From contig NC_043025.1 in NCBI RefSeq assembly GCF_006345805.1, forward strand, positions 6,758,001 through 6,822,000: a DNA stretch of 64,000 bases. The letters run 5' to 3'. Position numbers and translations under genes: made by a program. The stretch is from Octopus sinensis (lineage: Eukaryota). Of this stretch, positions 1-12,468 are shown piece by piece (position 1 is the stretch's first letter; the number at the start of each line of letters is the position of its first letter). The notes below the pieces were generated by a model, which did no database searches, had not been told where the DNA came from, and worked only from the letters and a program-made list of their open reading frames with translations.

Positions 1-72
1 TCATCATCACCACCACCACCACACACCACCACCATCACCACCACCATCACCACCACTACCATCACCGCCACC

Positions 73-103
<31 letters not shown>

Positions 104-1110
104 CCACCACCCCACCACCACCACCATCACCACCACCACCACACCATACCATCACCGCCACCACACCACCACCCCACCATCTCATCATCATCATCACACC
201 ACCACCACCACACCACCCACCACCACCACCACCACCACCACACTACCATCACCGCCACCACCACCACCACCACCACTACCATCACCGCCACCAACCACCA
301 CCACCACTACCATCACCACCACCACCACCACCAACATCACCACCACCACCACCACCAACATCACCACCACCATCATCATCATCATCACCACACCACCACC
401 ACCAACCACTACCATCACCGCCACCACCACCACCACTACCATCACCACCACCACCACCACCAACATCACCACCACCACCACCACCACCACAACCACCACC
501 ACCACCACCACCACCAACATCACCACCACCATCACCACCACCACCACAACCACCACCACCACCACCACCACCAACATCACCACCACCACCACCACCACCA
601 TAACCACCACCACCACCACCACCACCAACATCACCACCAACATCATCAACCACCACCACCACCATCTACCATCACCGCCACCACCACCACCACCACACCA
701 TCACCACCGTCACCACTACCACCACCATACATCCACCATCGCCCATCACCACCACCACCACCACCACCACTACCATCACCGCCACCACCACCACCACCAC
801 CACCATCACCACCACCGTCACCACCTTCAACACCACCATCACCACCATCACCACCACCACCACTACCATCACCGCCACCACCACCACCACCACCACCATC
901 ACCACCGTCACCACTACCACCACCACCACCCTCCACACCATTCCACCACCACTGCCATTATCACCACCACCCACCACCACCACCCACCACCACCACCCAC
1001 CACCACCACCCACCACCACCACCCACCACCACCACCCACCACAACAACCCACCACCACCACCCACCACCACCACCCACCACAACCACCACCACCACAACA
1101 CCACACGCCT
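1..1110. repeat. Degenerate (CAC/CAT)n trinucleotide microsatellite
   Basis: Continuous CACCAC/CATCAC repeats; the poly-V/poly-G ORFs are artefacts. Confidence 0.95.
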
Positions 1111-1153
1111 CCACCATTGACCACCACGCTAATCTTTCTTGACATGGTCATAG

Positions 1154-1259
1154 ATCTGGTCGCACCTCCCCTATGTCCATCTCCCTCCGTCCATCTCAGC
1201 GGCCGACACACGGCTATGGTCAAGTCAAGCTCGCCAAACGCCACGGCCAGGGACTTTAA
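1154..1259 (+). CDS. Candidate terminal coding exon of an unidentified upstream gene
   Basis: GCTAAT branch-like motif, then tag|A acceptor; CpG-rich unique sequence reads SGRTSPMSISLRPSQRPTHGYGQVKLAKRHGQGL*; no homology recognised. Confidence 0.3.
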
Positions 1260-1331
1260 GGCAATGTTGCATGTTCACGTTGTTCGTTCTTTTCATTACA
1301 AACTCAAACACAAACAGATATCAATAACTAT

Positions 1332-3549
1332 GGCGTAGGAGTGGCTGTGTGTAAGTAGCTTGCTAACCAACCACATAGTTCCGGGTTCAGTCCCACTGCG
1401 TGGCATCTTGGGCAGGTGTCTTCTGCTATAGCCCCGGGCCGACCAATGCCTTGTGAATGGATTTGGTAGACGGAAACTGAAAGAAGCCTGTCGTATATAT
1501 GTATATATATATATATAGGCGTAGGAGTGGCTGTGTGGTAAGTAGCTTGCTAACCAACCACATAGTTCCGGGTTCAGTCCCACTGCGTGGCATCTTGGGC
1601 AGGTGTCTTCTGCTATAGCCCCGGGCCGACCAATGCCTTGTGAATGGATTTGGTAGACGGAAACTGAAAGAAGCCTGTCGTATATATGTATATATATATA
1701 TATATAGGCGTAGGAGTGGCTGTGTGTGGTAAGTAGCTTGCTAACCAACCACATAGTTCCGGGTTCAGTCCCACTGCGTGGCATCTTGCGCAGGTGTCTT
1801 CTGCTATAGCCCCGGGCCGACCAATGCCTTGTGAATGGATTTGGTAGACGGAAACTGAAAGAAGCCTGTCGTATATATGTATATATATATATATATAGGC
1901 GTAGGAGTGGCTGTGTGGTAAGTAGCTTGCTAACCAACCACATAGTTCCGGGTTCAGTCCCACTGCGTGGCATCTTGGGCAGGTGTCTTCTGCTATAGCC
2001 CCGGGCCGACCAATGCCTTGTGAATGGATTTGGTAGACGGAAACTGAAAGAAGCCTGTCGTATATATGTATATATATATATATAGGCGTAGGAGTGGCTG
2101 TGTGGTAAGTAGCTTGCTAACCAACCACATAGTTCCGGGTTCAGTCCCACTGCGTGGCATCTTGGGCAGGTGTCTTCTGCTATAGCCCCGGGCCGACCAA
2201 TGCCTTGTGAATGGATTTGGTAGACGGAAACTGAAAGAAGCCTGTCGTATATATGTATATATATATATATAGGCGTAGGAGTGGCTGTGTGGTAAGTAGC
2301 TTGCTAACCAACCACATAGTTCCGGGTTCAGTCCCACTGCGTGGCATCTTGGGCAGGTGTCTTCTGCTATAGCCCCGGGCCGACCAATGCCTTGTGAATG
2401 GATTTGGTAGACGGAAACTGAAAGAAGCCTGTCGTATATATGTATATATATATATATATAGGCGTAGGAGTGGCTGTGTGGTAAGTAGCTTGCTAACAAC
2501 CACATAGTTCCGGGTTCAGTCCCACTGCGTGGCATCTTGCGCAGGTGTCTTCTGCTATAGCCCCGGGCCGACCAATGCCTTGTGAATGGATTTGGTAGAC
2601 GGAAACTGAAAGAAGCCTGTCGTATATTGTTATATATATATATAGGCGTAGGAGTGGCTGTGTGGTAAGTAGCTTGCTAACCAACCACATAGTTCCGGGT
2701 TCAGTCCCACTGCGTGGCATCTTGGGCAGGTGTCTTCTGCTATAGCCCCGGGCCGACCAATGCCTTGTGAATGGATTTGGTAGACGGAAACTGAAAGAAG
2801 CCTGTCGTATATATGTATAATATATATATAGGCGTAGGGGTGTGCTGTGTGGTAAGTAGCTTGCTAACCAACCACATAGTTCCGGGTTCAGTCCCACTGC
2901 GTGGCATCTTGGGCAGGTGTCTTCTGCTATAGCCTCGGCCCGACCAATGCCTTGTGAATGGATTTGGTAGATGGAAACTGAAAGAAGCCTGTCGTATTAT
3001 GTATATATATTATATAGCGTAGGAGTGGCTGTGTGGTAAGTAGCTTGCTAACCAACCACATAGTTCCGGGTTCAGTCCCACTGCGTGGCATCTTGGGCAG
3101 GTTGTCTTCTGCTATAGCCCCGGGCCGACCAATGCCTTGTGAATGGATTTGGTAGACGGAAACTGAAATAGCCTGTTGTATATATGTATATATATATATA
3201 TAGGCGTAGGAGTGGCTGTGTGGTAAGTAGCTTGCTAACCAACCACATAGTTCCGGGTTCAGTCCCACTGCGTGGCATCTTGGGCAGGTGTCTTCTGCTA
3301 TAGCCCCGGGCCGACCAATGCCTTGTGAATGGATTTGGTAGATGGAAACTGAAAGAAGCCTGTCGTATATATGTATATATATATATAGGCGTAGGAGTGG
3401 CTGTGTGGTAAGTAGCTTGCTAACCAACCACATAGTTCTGGGTTCAGTCCCACTGCGTGGCATCTTGGGCAGGTGTCTTCTGCTATAGCCCTGGGCCGAC
3501 CAATGCCTTGTGAATGGATTTGGTAGACGGAAACTGAAAGAAGCCTGTC

Positions 3550-3628
<79 letters not shown>

Positions 3629-3760
3629 ATGTGTGTTTGTGTTCTGTGTTTGTCCCCCTAACATTGCTTGACAACCGATGCTGGTGTGTTTACGTCCCTG
3701 TCACTTAGCGGTTCGGCAAAAGAGACCGATAGAATAAGTACTGGGCTTACAAAGAATAAG
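1332..3760 (+). repeat. Tandem array of 12 ~187-bp tRNA-SINE 5' halves; only the last copy continues into the SINE 3' half
   Basis: Unit starts at 1332,1518,1707,1898,2085,2272,2461,2645,2831,3017,3203,3388; each has A-box TGGCTGTGTGG, B-box GGTTCAGTCCC and ends in (TA)n. Confidence 0.95.
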
Positions 3761-3774
3761 CCTGTCGTATATAT

Positions 3775-3842
3775 GCGACCCCGTTGGACCTTGTTATGAA
3801 CCCAGATTTGAAAGAAAAATTTAAATCCCTTTTCCCATCACT
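3775..3842 (+). CDS. ANK-RING-death domain gene, 5'-truncated exon (end of an ankyrin repeat)
   Basis: ATPLDLVMNPDLKEKFKSLFPS, with TPLDL as an ankyrin-type motif; CT|GTAAGT phase-2 donor matches the next exon. Confidence 0.65.
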
Positions 3843-4419
3843 GTAAGTATTCCCTAGCAAAGCCAAAACAAATCGGTGAATTTTCTATTTTGTACATAAT
3901 CATGTTTATATGCGTGTTTAGTTTTTATTCTACCAATACATTATACTTCACTGGTGTCTTGAGTAAAGGCCACACAACAATAGTAAGAAGAACACTAAAT
4001 AGAAAATGGAGTTGATAGGAGATGAAACAAAGAACATCTATTTTGATTATATTCACATGACTGGTTCTGTTGACAGATATACCTCACACACCACCACTCC
4101 GACCTTCGACCTACGTCTCTCAGTTGCCTGTCTTAAAGGAAACTGTGGTACTAAATAACGAAGGGAATGAACATGTTTTGGCATTGTCGTTTCGAAGTCA
4201 GTGGAATTTGTCTGTCTGTGCCAATCAGTCACCACAAGTTACGAGAAAATGTTTGGAGATCAATGACTTCTTCAGATATACCAAGAACAATTACATCATG
4301 CATGGCAGACAGCATGGCTTACTCTATAAACCTGGATTCAGCTATAACTAGGGGCAGGTTTAAGAGCAGGGGATTATCTTTCACTGTGCAATTCTGTTAG
4401 CATTTTTTGCTTTAATATC

Positions 4420-4615
4420 TGTTACATCAAATTTCCAAAATTTTCCTGTGGAAGGGTTGTGTTTGTTTGACAACAATAGTTGGAAAGGACGCAGGGGTCA
4501 GGCACTGAAAGGACCAGTTTGTTAGTTGCACCATTTGCTATATTCCGCCCATCATAAAACCATTGTCTACCTTTTATTGGACTGGGATCATCAGGAGGTT
4601 AGTGTTACATTGAAG
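4420..4615 (-). pseudogene. Frameshifted immunoglobulin-like domain relic
   Basis: FNVTLT/fs/PDDPSPIKGRQWFYDGRNIANGATNKLVLSVPDPCVLSNYCCQ...TGKFWKFDVT resembles Ig B, C, E, F and G strands. Confidence 0.45.
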
Positions 4616-5053
4616 GCAGATAGAAGCATGACATTTACTGCAATCAACTCATCAATTTCCAAACGAGTTCTCTGATTTTCTACATACATACGATTCTTAG
4701 GGCATTGTTCTGTTTTAGAATTGTGACCTGTTATGTTACATATTGTTCATCCATACAAGATGCCATGACAATTGTACCCTGTCTGTCCATCCATACAATT
4801 CAAAATCAAATGTCTAAATACTGATCACTTGTCAAACAGATCAAATTCAAAAAGTGTTTTTTAATACACACAACACAAAGAGTGTATATACAAATAGACC
4901 TATATTTGTTGAGAAGAATTGAGGTCTATGTTCGAAGTGAGATTTCTGGAATGTATGGAGTTCATTGTTTCTGTGAACTGCATACATATAGACCAGTTTT
5001 TGTTACGTATCAGAGTCGAGACATATTTGTCTCTATATATATATGTATATATG

Positions 5054-5344
5054 TGGAGGCGCAATGGCCCAGTGGTTAGGGCAGCGGACTCGCGGTTTCG
5101 ATTCCCAGACCGGGCGTTGTGAGTGTTTATTGAGCGAAAACACTTAAAGCTCCACGAGGCTCCGACAGGGGGTGGTGATCCCTGCTGTACTTTTTCGCCA
5201 CAACTTTCTCTCACTCTTTCTTCTGCTGGCCACTCGCTTAGCCAGAGGGGTGGCGTCATTTGAAGGTTAAAACAATGCGAAGTGCATTGTGACCAGCGAT
5301 GTGTAGCAACTTCTGACAGCCTGGTCGGTCATGTGATCACGTGA
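5054..5344 (+). mobile_element. tRNA-derived SINE (second family)
   Basis: GGCGCAATGGCCCAGTGGTTAGG A-box and GTTTCGATTCCC B-box; ends in GTGATCACGTGA then (TA)n. Confidence 0.75.
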
Positions 5345-5372
5345 TATATATATATATATGTGTGTGTGTGTA

Positions 5373-5695
5373 TAGTGGTTGGAGCATTGGGCTCCCAATC
5401 AGGAGGTACTGAGTTCGATTCCTGGATCAGGCTGTGTGTTGTGTTCTTGGGCAAGACACTTTATTTCATGTTGCTACAGGAATTGAGTTGCATTGTCACT
5501 GGTGCCGAGCTGTGTCAGCCCCTTTTGCCATTTTCCCTGGATAACATCAGTGGAGAGGGGGAGGCTGGTATGCATGGGCGACTGCTGGTCTTCCATAAAC
5601 AACCATGCGTGGACTTTCTAGGTTCAGGGAACTTTCTAGGTTCAGCTCCATGGTCATTGATGACTAAGGGGCCGTGTCTTTACCCTTTACCCCTT
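5373..5695 (+). mobile_element. tRNA-derived SINE (third family; also 14787-15105 +, 36770-37112 -, 39169-39487 +, 55930-56265 -)
   Basis: AGTGGTTGGAGC...GAGTTCGATTCC head followed by TTGGGCAAGACACTTTATTTC core shared among copies. Confidence 0.75.
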
Positions 5696-5976
5696 CCCTC
5701 CCTATGTTCTCTGTGGCACTTATATACGCACAAATCTGTGTGTATATAATTATTTAAAGAGGACTTTGTGATGTAGTCTTACTGGTAACTGTCATGTCTC
5801 GTAATATTCACTACTGTCATATTTATAATAAATGAATCGCATTAGAGCCTGGTGCAGCCTTCCAGTGTGCCAGCCCAGTCAAACCGTCCAACCCATACCA
5901 GCATAGATAACGGACGTTAAGGATGAGATAATGATTATGAATGTTATTGATGAGATGTTTGTATCTTGTTCCACAG

Positions 5977-6116
5977 ATGTCTGTTTTGTGAAGAGAAAGT
6001 GTCCACACTGAAATGCCAATCCTGTGGACAGATGGTGATCTGTGAGGAATGTGGTACCGAACCTAACTCTACATGTCTTGAATGTCAGCAACCCACAACC
6101 AGAGAAAGTGGAATTG
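5977..6116 (+). CDS. ANK-RING-death domain gene, RING-finger exon
   Basis: ttccacag|A acceptor; CLFCEEKVSTLKCQSCGQMVICEECGTEPNSTCLECQQPTTRESGI; G|GTAAGA donor; phase 2 to 1. Confidence 0.85.
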
Positions 6117-9100
6117 GTAAGACTACTATTTCATCCTGTTTGTCTCATTGGCCCAGGTCTGTCGTAATCTGGCAGATTTATGAATAAAAACTGTTCCATT
6201 TGTCTTTGTGATGGTGTATCTATCACAGCATCCCCTAAACATTGTCTTCATCCAGTTACAAGACTCGTCACACTTTAAGAGGGTATTGTCTGCAAAATAT
6301 GACTAATGAATGATACTGAAGGATAAATGGTGACTAACTGAAATATCAATAAATCTCTCTGGTTCTGTTGTGGTCAATTATGAGTGACTAATGATTTATT
6401 AGTATTTTGTGAATCTGGTCATTAGAGACAATGGTACTTATAAGAATGTCAGTCATCTTCGGAGATTCAATGACAAAATCTCAACTGATTTTTATGGAAC
6501 AACATTGCAGAGTTTCACCGTTGAATTATTTGTTCTCGTTGTTATTTGGTGAAAGGTGGTTTAGTAGAAAGTGTTTTAGCAAAGTATTATTGAATGAAAA
6601 TAAACTAAAGTTAAGTTCTTTTGGCAGAAATTTGCGAGTAAAGCAAACTTAATTTGAAAGGAATCATTTCATTGGTTGAAAAGTATATAGCTGAAGCCAT
6701 CTTGGTTTTTGACTGAAAATTATTCCAAAAGTTTGTTTCTGGACACTTCTAGAAATCTTCAATGAAAGTTATAAAAACCACAATTTTTCTCTGTTTTTTA
6801 GTGACATTTACGCTGTCCTCACAAAGCTATCTCACTCACAACCTTGCATGTCTCGGAGTGTTGAAATGTCTCTCACACTAACGTAATAGACATGGCATAT
6901 TTCTCTTTTATGACTTGAAGTCATTTATCTAAACTTTTTCTTTAGAATACCTTGATGAATTAGGGATTCTAATTCTTGTCCTCTCTTCACGATAAATTAT
7001 CTGTAGCGAAAAAAGACAACTTGAAAATGTTTTTCATTACATTGCTTTGGTTTAATCTCCAAGAGAACAGTTTGAGATTACTCCTGGTATTATATTTTGC
7101 AATTGTAATTATTTGTCTCTATAAAATTATTAATCAAAATAATGCAGCTTTGATCTTTTTCCTTTGATAATGGTCGTTCTATTAACTCCTTCCAGTTGCA
7201 AGAGAAAGCCACGGAAGAAAAATATTTATACGTCACATACAACATATCTATTCAACATATTCAGTTTGTTTTCAATTAAAACTTTGCCGAGATGTTGCAC
7301 CAAGACCCATTATTAACTGATCTTGATAGTTGAACTGTTGACCCCCTTAGAAACCATTTATCTAGTTCAGTTAAAGTGGCATCAATAGTTCCAGTATGTT
7401 TTTGCAAAGTTGTCCTCCAGAAATTCTCCATAATTTGTCATCTTATGAAGAACTCCAATAATTACAATACTCTGATGTTTGATATGTGATGTTGTCCCTT
7501 ATTAAGGTGTGAACCCAGAATGTCTTGGGTTAGACTACGTTTTGTGGTAGTAGAGAAAATAATTTCTCTAACAATACTGTAGCAACATCTGATAGCCTGG
7601 TCGGTCATGTGATCACGTGATATATATATATGTGTGTGTGTGTATAGTGGTTGGAGCATTGGGCTCACAATCAGGAGGTAGTGAGTTCGATTCCTGGACC
7701 GGGCTGTGTGTTGTGTTCTTGGGCAAGACACTTTATTTCATGCTCCAGTTCACTCATGTTTACATTGAAACCAATTATTAAGGTTAACATTTAAAAAATA
7801 CACAGACTGGAATAACATATGCGTACCAGGCGTGACTTGAACTCCCAATTCCTTGTTGGTGACTCTAATGTTTGAGTAACATTTACCAGATCCCTACAGA
7901 CATTCTTAGACTCCCACTTGTTGCCTTCTTGATGATATTAATGCTAATAGAGGTAAGGTCTTCAGAGTGTTTCACCTTTTGGTTTTACTTCTGACTTGAT
8001 TATCCTGTTCAAAGCAGATTATGAAACTTGGTCGTTGTTATTTGACCAAGTAAAGACATTTTTATTAGTATTTGGCACTGAACTTGGTAACAATTTTGTT
8101 TGGTTGCTCATGGGACTACCATATTATTATTTATGCTGAGACACAATCATATTCATTTTAATGAGGGTCACATGTTCTTCACTTGGATTATGATATAATC
8201 CATATAGATTATCTAATATTGCACCACCAAGCACAGTGGTAGTGTATCACATATACACCCCATTAACATGATAATTAATCAGCTCTCATTCATTAACTTT
8301 CTTACACATGTCTGAAAAGTAACCTCATTTTGTCATGGCATCATCTTGCACCCAACATTTTACAACTTGTTACCCTCCGTGTAAATATATTGTTTTACTT
8401 GGGTAAAGGGCCACATCCTTACAAACTGGGATTATTGACCCTTATAATCCAGTAAGGTTCAGATGTTAATCTCACTTGGCTTCATTTCATTTATGTGACA
8501 CTCTAATACTTTATAAAATATATCTTAATTAGTGACACCTTTCAATTAGTTGATTTTAATTAGCTTTATTGACAAATGTGGTGGTGGTGGTGGAGTGGGG
8601 TGTGAGTTGGGTCACACATTCCTTGTAATGTTATTCTTGTATTAACAATGATATCAGAAGAACAGTTTCCGTCAGTGAAATCCTCCTGCACAGGTGTAAC
8701 CCTTGTGTTTTCAAGTTTGTTGGAAACTGGGTTTTCATCCAATTGAGCTTCACCACATTGATATAGGGGACATCAAAAGGGTATGATTAATGCATAGATG
8801 AGGTTTGATAGAGATGTCCTTTATTCTTGAGAACCAGTTCTTTTCTACCATTTCAGATATTTTTCTTTTGCAATAACGTGCAGATGAACAGTTATATGTA
8901 GTGAATGAGGTTTTGTGCAGTGTTTTAGGACACCTGTTATTATTTTCTGTTCCACCTGTGTAGAACTAATCATCGCTCACCTGAAAAATAGCTGATTTAT
9001 TATGGAAAGGGAATGAAATTCAAATATTTCCTGAATCAGCTGACATTCTGATGAACCGTGATGTGGGGCAGTTAGAATTAAAGATTTCCAGCAGCTCCCT

Positions 9101-9545
9101 TCAACAAGGGGATCAGGTGTATGTTTATCCTAGTTGGTGTGTCATGATATTGTGCTCTAGGTCTTTGGAGGACTGACTTGGTTGACATAGGAATTAAGCA
9201 GAAAATGAGAAGAATGTTGGAAGTGAGAGGACAATGCCATGCCATTGACTTGGCAGAGATATAAGAAAGGAAAGACAAAACTAGAAAAGCATTTTCATTA
9301 AGTGATGATAATTAAGAGATAATTGTTACGTTGATTGTGTAGAATGTCTTACTAAAGAGAAGAGGCTGAGGAAGTTTAGTCTGGTGTGGTACCACTGTAG
9401 AAAGTATAAAAATGTTGATCCAAGCCATGGTGGTCACCAATTGACCATTGATAATAGGAATACTGCATGATAATAAAATATAGATTATTAACAGAGATAA
9501 AGAAATTTTACTACAAATTGCAAAATTTGAACATATTTATTTCAG

Positions 9546-9617
9546 AGAGTCGAAAGCTGAAGGAGAAGGATCTTCTGAAAGTGGCCAAGAAGTTAGGGAA
9601 TAATTGGTGGCAAGTGG
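9546..9617 (+). CDS. ANK-RING-death domain gene, death domain exon 1
   Basis: atttcag| ESRKLKEKDLLKVAKKLGNNWWQV G|GTGAGT; phase 1 to 1; death-domain helix 1-2 pattern (L..VA..LG..W). Confidence 0.85.
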
Positions 9618-10399
9618 GTGAGTATGAAATAACCGAATTGCTTTCTGTAAAGTTTACTTCCACCGGAGCTATTTTGTTTATCAAAATGTCTGAGAACCGG
9701 TTCCATTCCTAATTTCCAATTGAAAGGTTAACTCTAAAGATATTAAAGAGATTGATATAACTGGAATTTCATAAAATATCCACCAAGGTTAGCACTGTGG
9801 TTGGTAATAATGGCTAAATTAGAAGACGCAATAGAGTTAATATTGTCTTATGGAGCTGGAAAGTAAAATTCATTGTTGTTTAAGAGTAAACAGGTGAGTT
9901 AATGGACAATGTCTTTGTTTTACATTTTAAGTCTGTTGCTAAATTATTGTAATGAAGGAAATATTTGCTGAGTTAACAACCAGAATAAGTTTTCCTTATT
10001 CCAGCTGAAGACTTAAAGTTTGGTTTTTTTTGAAATGATTGAAAACATTAATTGTATAAGAAGCCGATGAATAATCCTATTTATATCAACCTACTGGAAG
10101 ATGTCCTGCCACAGATCTGGAGATACCTCAATAAAAAGAGGCTTAATAGAGGTCGCTCTGCTCAATCTATTCTCCCCAGGCAAAAAGAGAGGATTCTCCT
10201 GAGGGAATTTACCGGAAAATGAATATTCACAAGTGAGGCCAAACTGGCAGAGGCTTCTCTCTCTGTGATTGATATAATAATAAATGAATAAGCTCCGGAG
10301 ATGTGATTGAATCCGGAGTTCATTGGAGATTGGTCAAAAGAAATATCACTGATCATTCGATTGTCAGAGTCCTGTTGGGAAGTTTGTAACGTGATAGAT

Positions 10400-10720
10400 T
10401 GCACAGAGAGACACTAATTTCATGACCTGGGTATACTGAGAGAGGGGGTTGATTCAATTAATTCAACCTCATCCACTAAAGGGTCATATTTGGACTCAAA
10501 ATAACAGACCCCGGTTTAGTCAACCAAGTTATGATTGATGTCCCATTTAGAAATTGTCTGGAAAGATTACAAATTTATTCATAGGGAATTACATTACTGT
10601 CCAAAACAGAGAATGGATTGTGTGAAAACAACCTCCTAAAATTTCCGGGTTTTCTAGTGTGGCAGGCAAGTTCTATAGCTTTCAAAGAATACCATTGTAT
10701 TGTTCACATTGTCCATTTTT
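10400..10720 (-). mobile_element. Decayed Gypsy LTR-retrotransposon integrase C-terminus
   Basis: NGQCEQYNGIL/KAIELA ... TWLTKPGSV ... SKYDPLVDEVELIE ... VSL motifs, with stops and frameshifts. Confidence 0.75.
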
Positions 10721-12268
10721 TTCTTGTGTGATGCCGCTGTCTTTTACTTGGGATCACAGGACTACATCATTGACTGTGTCCATTTTAACAGGACAGAGTG
10801 TATTTTGAGTGACGTGTTGTAGCTTCTCCACTGTCAAGTGTCCATCTAGTTGACGATCACACTTCACTCGCATGCAGTGGTCAGTTGAATGTGGTGCAGC
10901 ATTTTTGCCTCTCCACTGTCCAGTGTTTGTCTAAGTTGAAGAACACACTTTACTCAGATAAAGTGTTTAATTGTATGTAGGTGTATGGCGGAGATGCTGG
11001 TCACTCCTGTCTTCTTTCCTGCTAGCTGAAACTCTAAAACCTCTCCGTTATCAAATTCTCTCTAAATTGTGGCATTCAGCCAGTGAAAGAGGTCCTTATT
11101 ACGAGTCATGAACCCAAAATGGTTAAGCTGGTGTCTTCTAAAATATGTGGTGTGTACCTAACAGTATTATATTTTGTACTTTGTGTAATTAAGACCATTC
11201 TGGTGTCATGCTTATTTGTATTTTAATTGGTCCAGGTGTCCGTAGTATGACTGGTATTGCTTGATGGTTCAGTCTCCACTTTTTCTAAATGCTGAGACGT
11301 TTTTAGTGAGGAAGCCGGCATGTAGGGTTTCTCTTCGCTGTGTTCTGTGGTGCTCGTGTCATGCATAACAAGTAATGAAGTAAAGACAGGTTTTCAGAAT
11401 GTATATTACATTGATATTGATAATTTGGAATCTCTTGTTATTGGTATGAGGTGAATGCATGAAACACCAGAATGAATATATATATATATACATACATATA
11501 TATATATATATATAAACGTGGTGGTTTTGTCTGGTGGTGGCCACTATAAAGAGAGCGACGTTAGTCTAGCTGTGTCTGACCACACGAGTTGAGTAACCAG
11601 TGGATAGGCGAAAAGTTAAGACTAAAAGAGAAAGTGCCAGAGAGAGCCAGGCAAAAAGAGAGAATTGTGTGGTAGATCACTTTTTATAGTCGAGTGGTGG
11701 TAATTGCAAGACGGATATTCTTTAAGCTGAGCCACTTGACCGGAGACCAAGGAATAGACCAAGAATGAGATTGTTGGATAATATCTAAAGTCTTAATTGG
11801 TGAAGCTTGAGAATCCAACTGGACAGTAAGATGAAAGTAACTTTGAAGGGGGTTCCCTGGCGACTCTACCCCCCACAACCCTTTTATGAACAGAGGGTAG
11901 AGAAAATGGATAGATGGATGAGATAATGTGACTCTTTGGGTGATATTAATTGATTCTTTAGGGTCTCATATGCTATTACCCACACAACCATTTTCCCTGC
12001 CATCTCTTTACCAGAAATTCTCTCAAATGTAATTTTCAATACTTTTAAAACACAATTTTCTCCGTTTTAATCTTCTTTTCCAACAACTTTGTTACTTTTT
12101 AATCAGAATTCATACAAACAGAGAACAATGTCCTACATTTTCCATATTTCTTGACTATTTTCAAAATTTCTCTCTTGAAGTTTCTTTGTTAGAACAACCT
12201 ACAGGAGACATCTTTTATATTATTGTTGATGTTGTTATAATTATTTCTTCTTTTTGTATCTTTTGCAG

Positions 12269-12468
12269 GGATTTTCTTAGGAGTTGAAACTTCTGAACTG
12301 GAAATTCACGACGATTCTAAAGACACTGTGAAACAGGGCTACATGGTGTTGCACAAATGGTTTAAAAGTTGTGATCCAGAGAAACAAACACTCAAAACAC
12401 TTGGAGATGCCCTCGAGGAAGCTGAGTGCCTTGATGCACTCAAATGTCTGTCATCAGATGTAAAGTGA
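12269..12468 (+). CDS. ANK-RING-death domain gene, terminal death domain exon
   Basis: Pyrimidine tract ttttgcag|; GIFLGVETSELEIHDDSKDTVKQGYMVLHKWFKSCDPEKQTLKTLGDALEEAECLDALKCLSSDVK*; AATAAA at 12718-12723. Confidence 0.88.

Noticed and set aside
194-1117. Poly-V/poly-G ORFs
   Set aside because: Translations of the CAC microsatellite
1296-3674. Repetitive 100-284 aa ORFs and a CRISPR-like periodic look
   Set aside because: Antisense readings of a SINE array; units are identical with no unique spacers and there are no cas genes
4070-4351. 93-aa + strand ORF after a possible acceptor at 4076
   Set aside because: Phase is incompatible with the 3842 donor, no donor site and no recognisable domain
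5054-5120. tRNA gene calls for SINE heads
   Set aside because: A/B boxes only; no complete cloverleaf, and the heads run into SINE bodies
7300-7450. IDATLTELDKWF on the minus strand, hAT-like
   Set aside because: Too short and degraded to call
11520-11900. TATA-containing LTR-like segment
   Set aside because: No partner LTR, PBS or TG..CA ends identified
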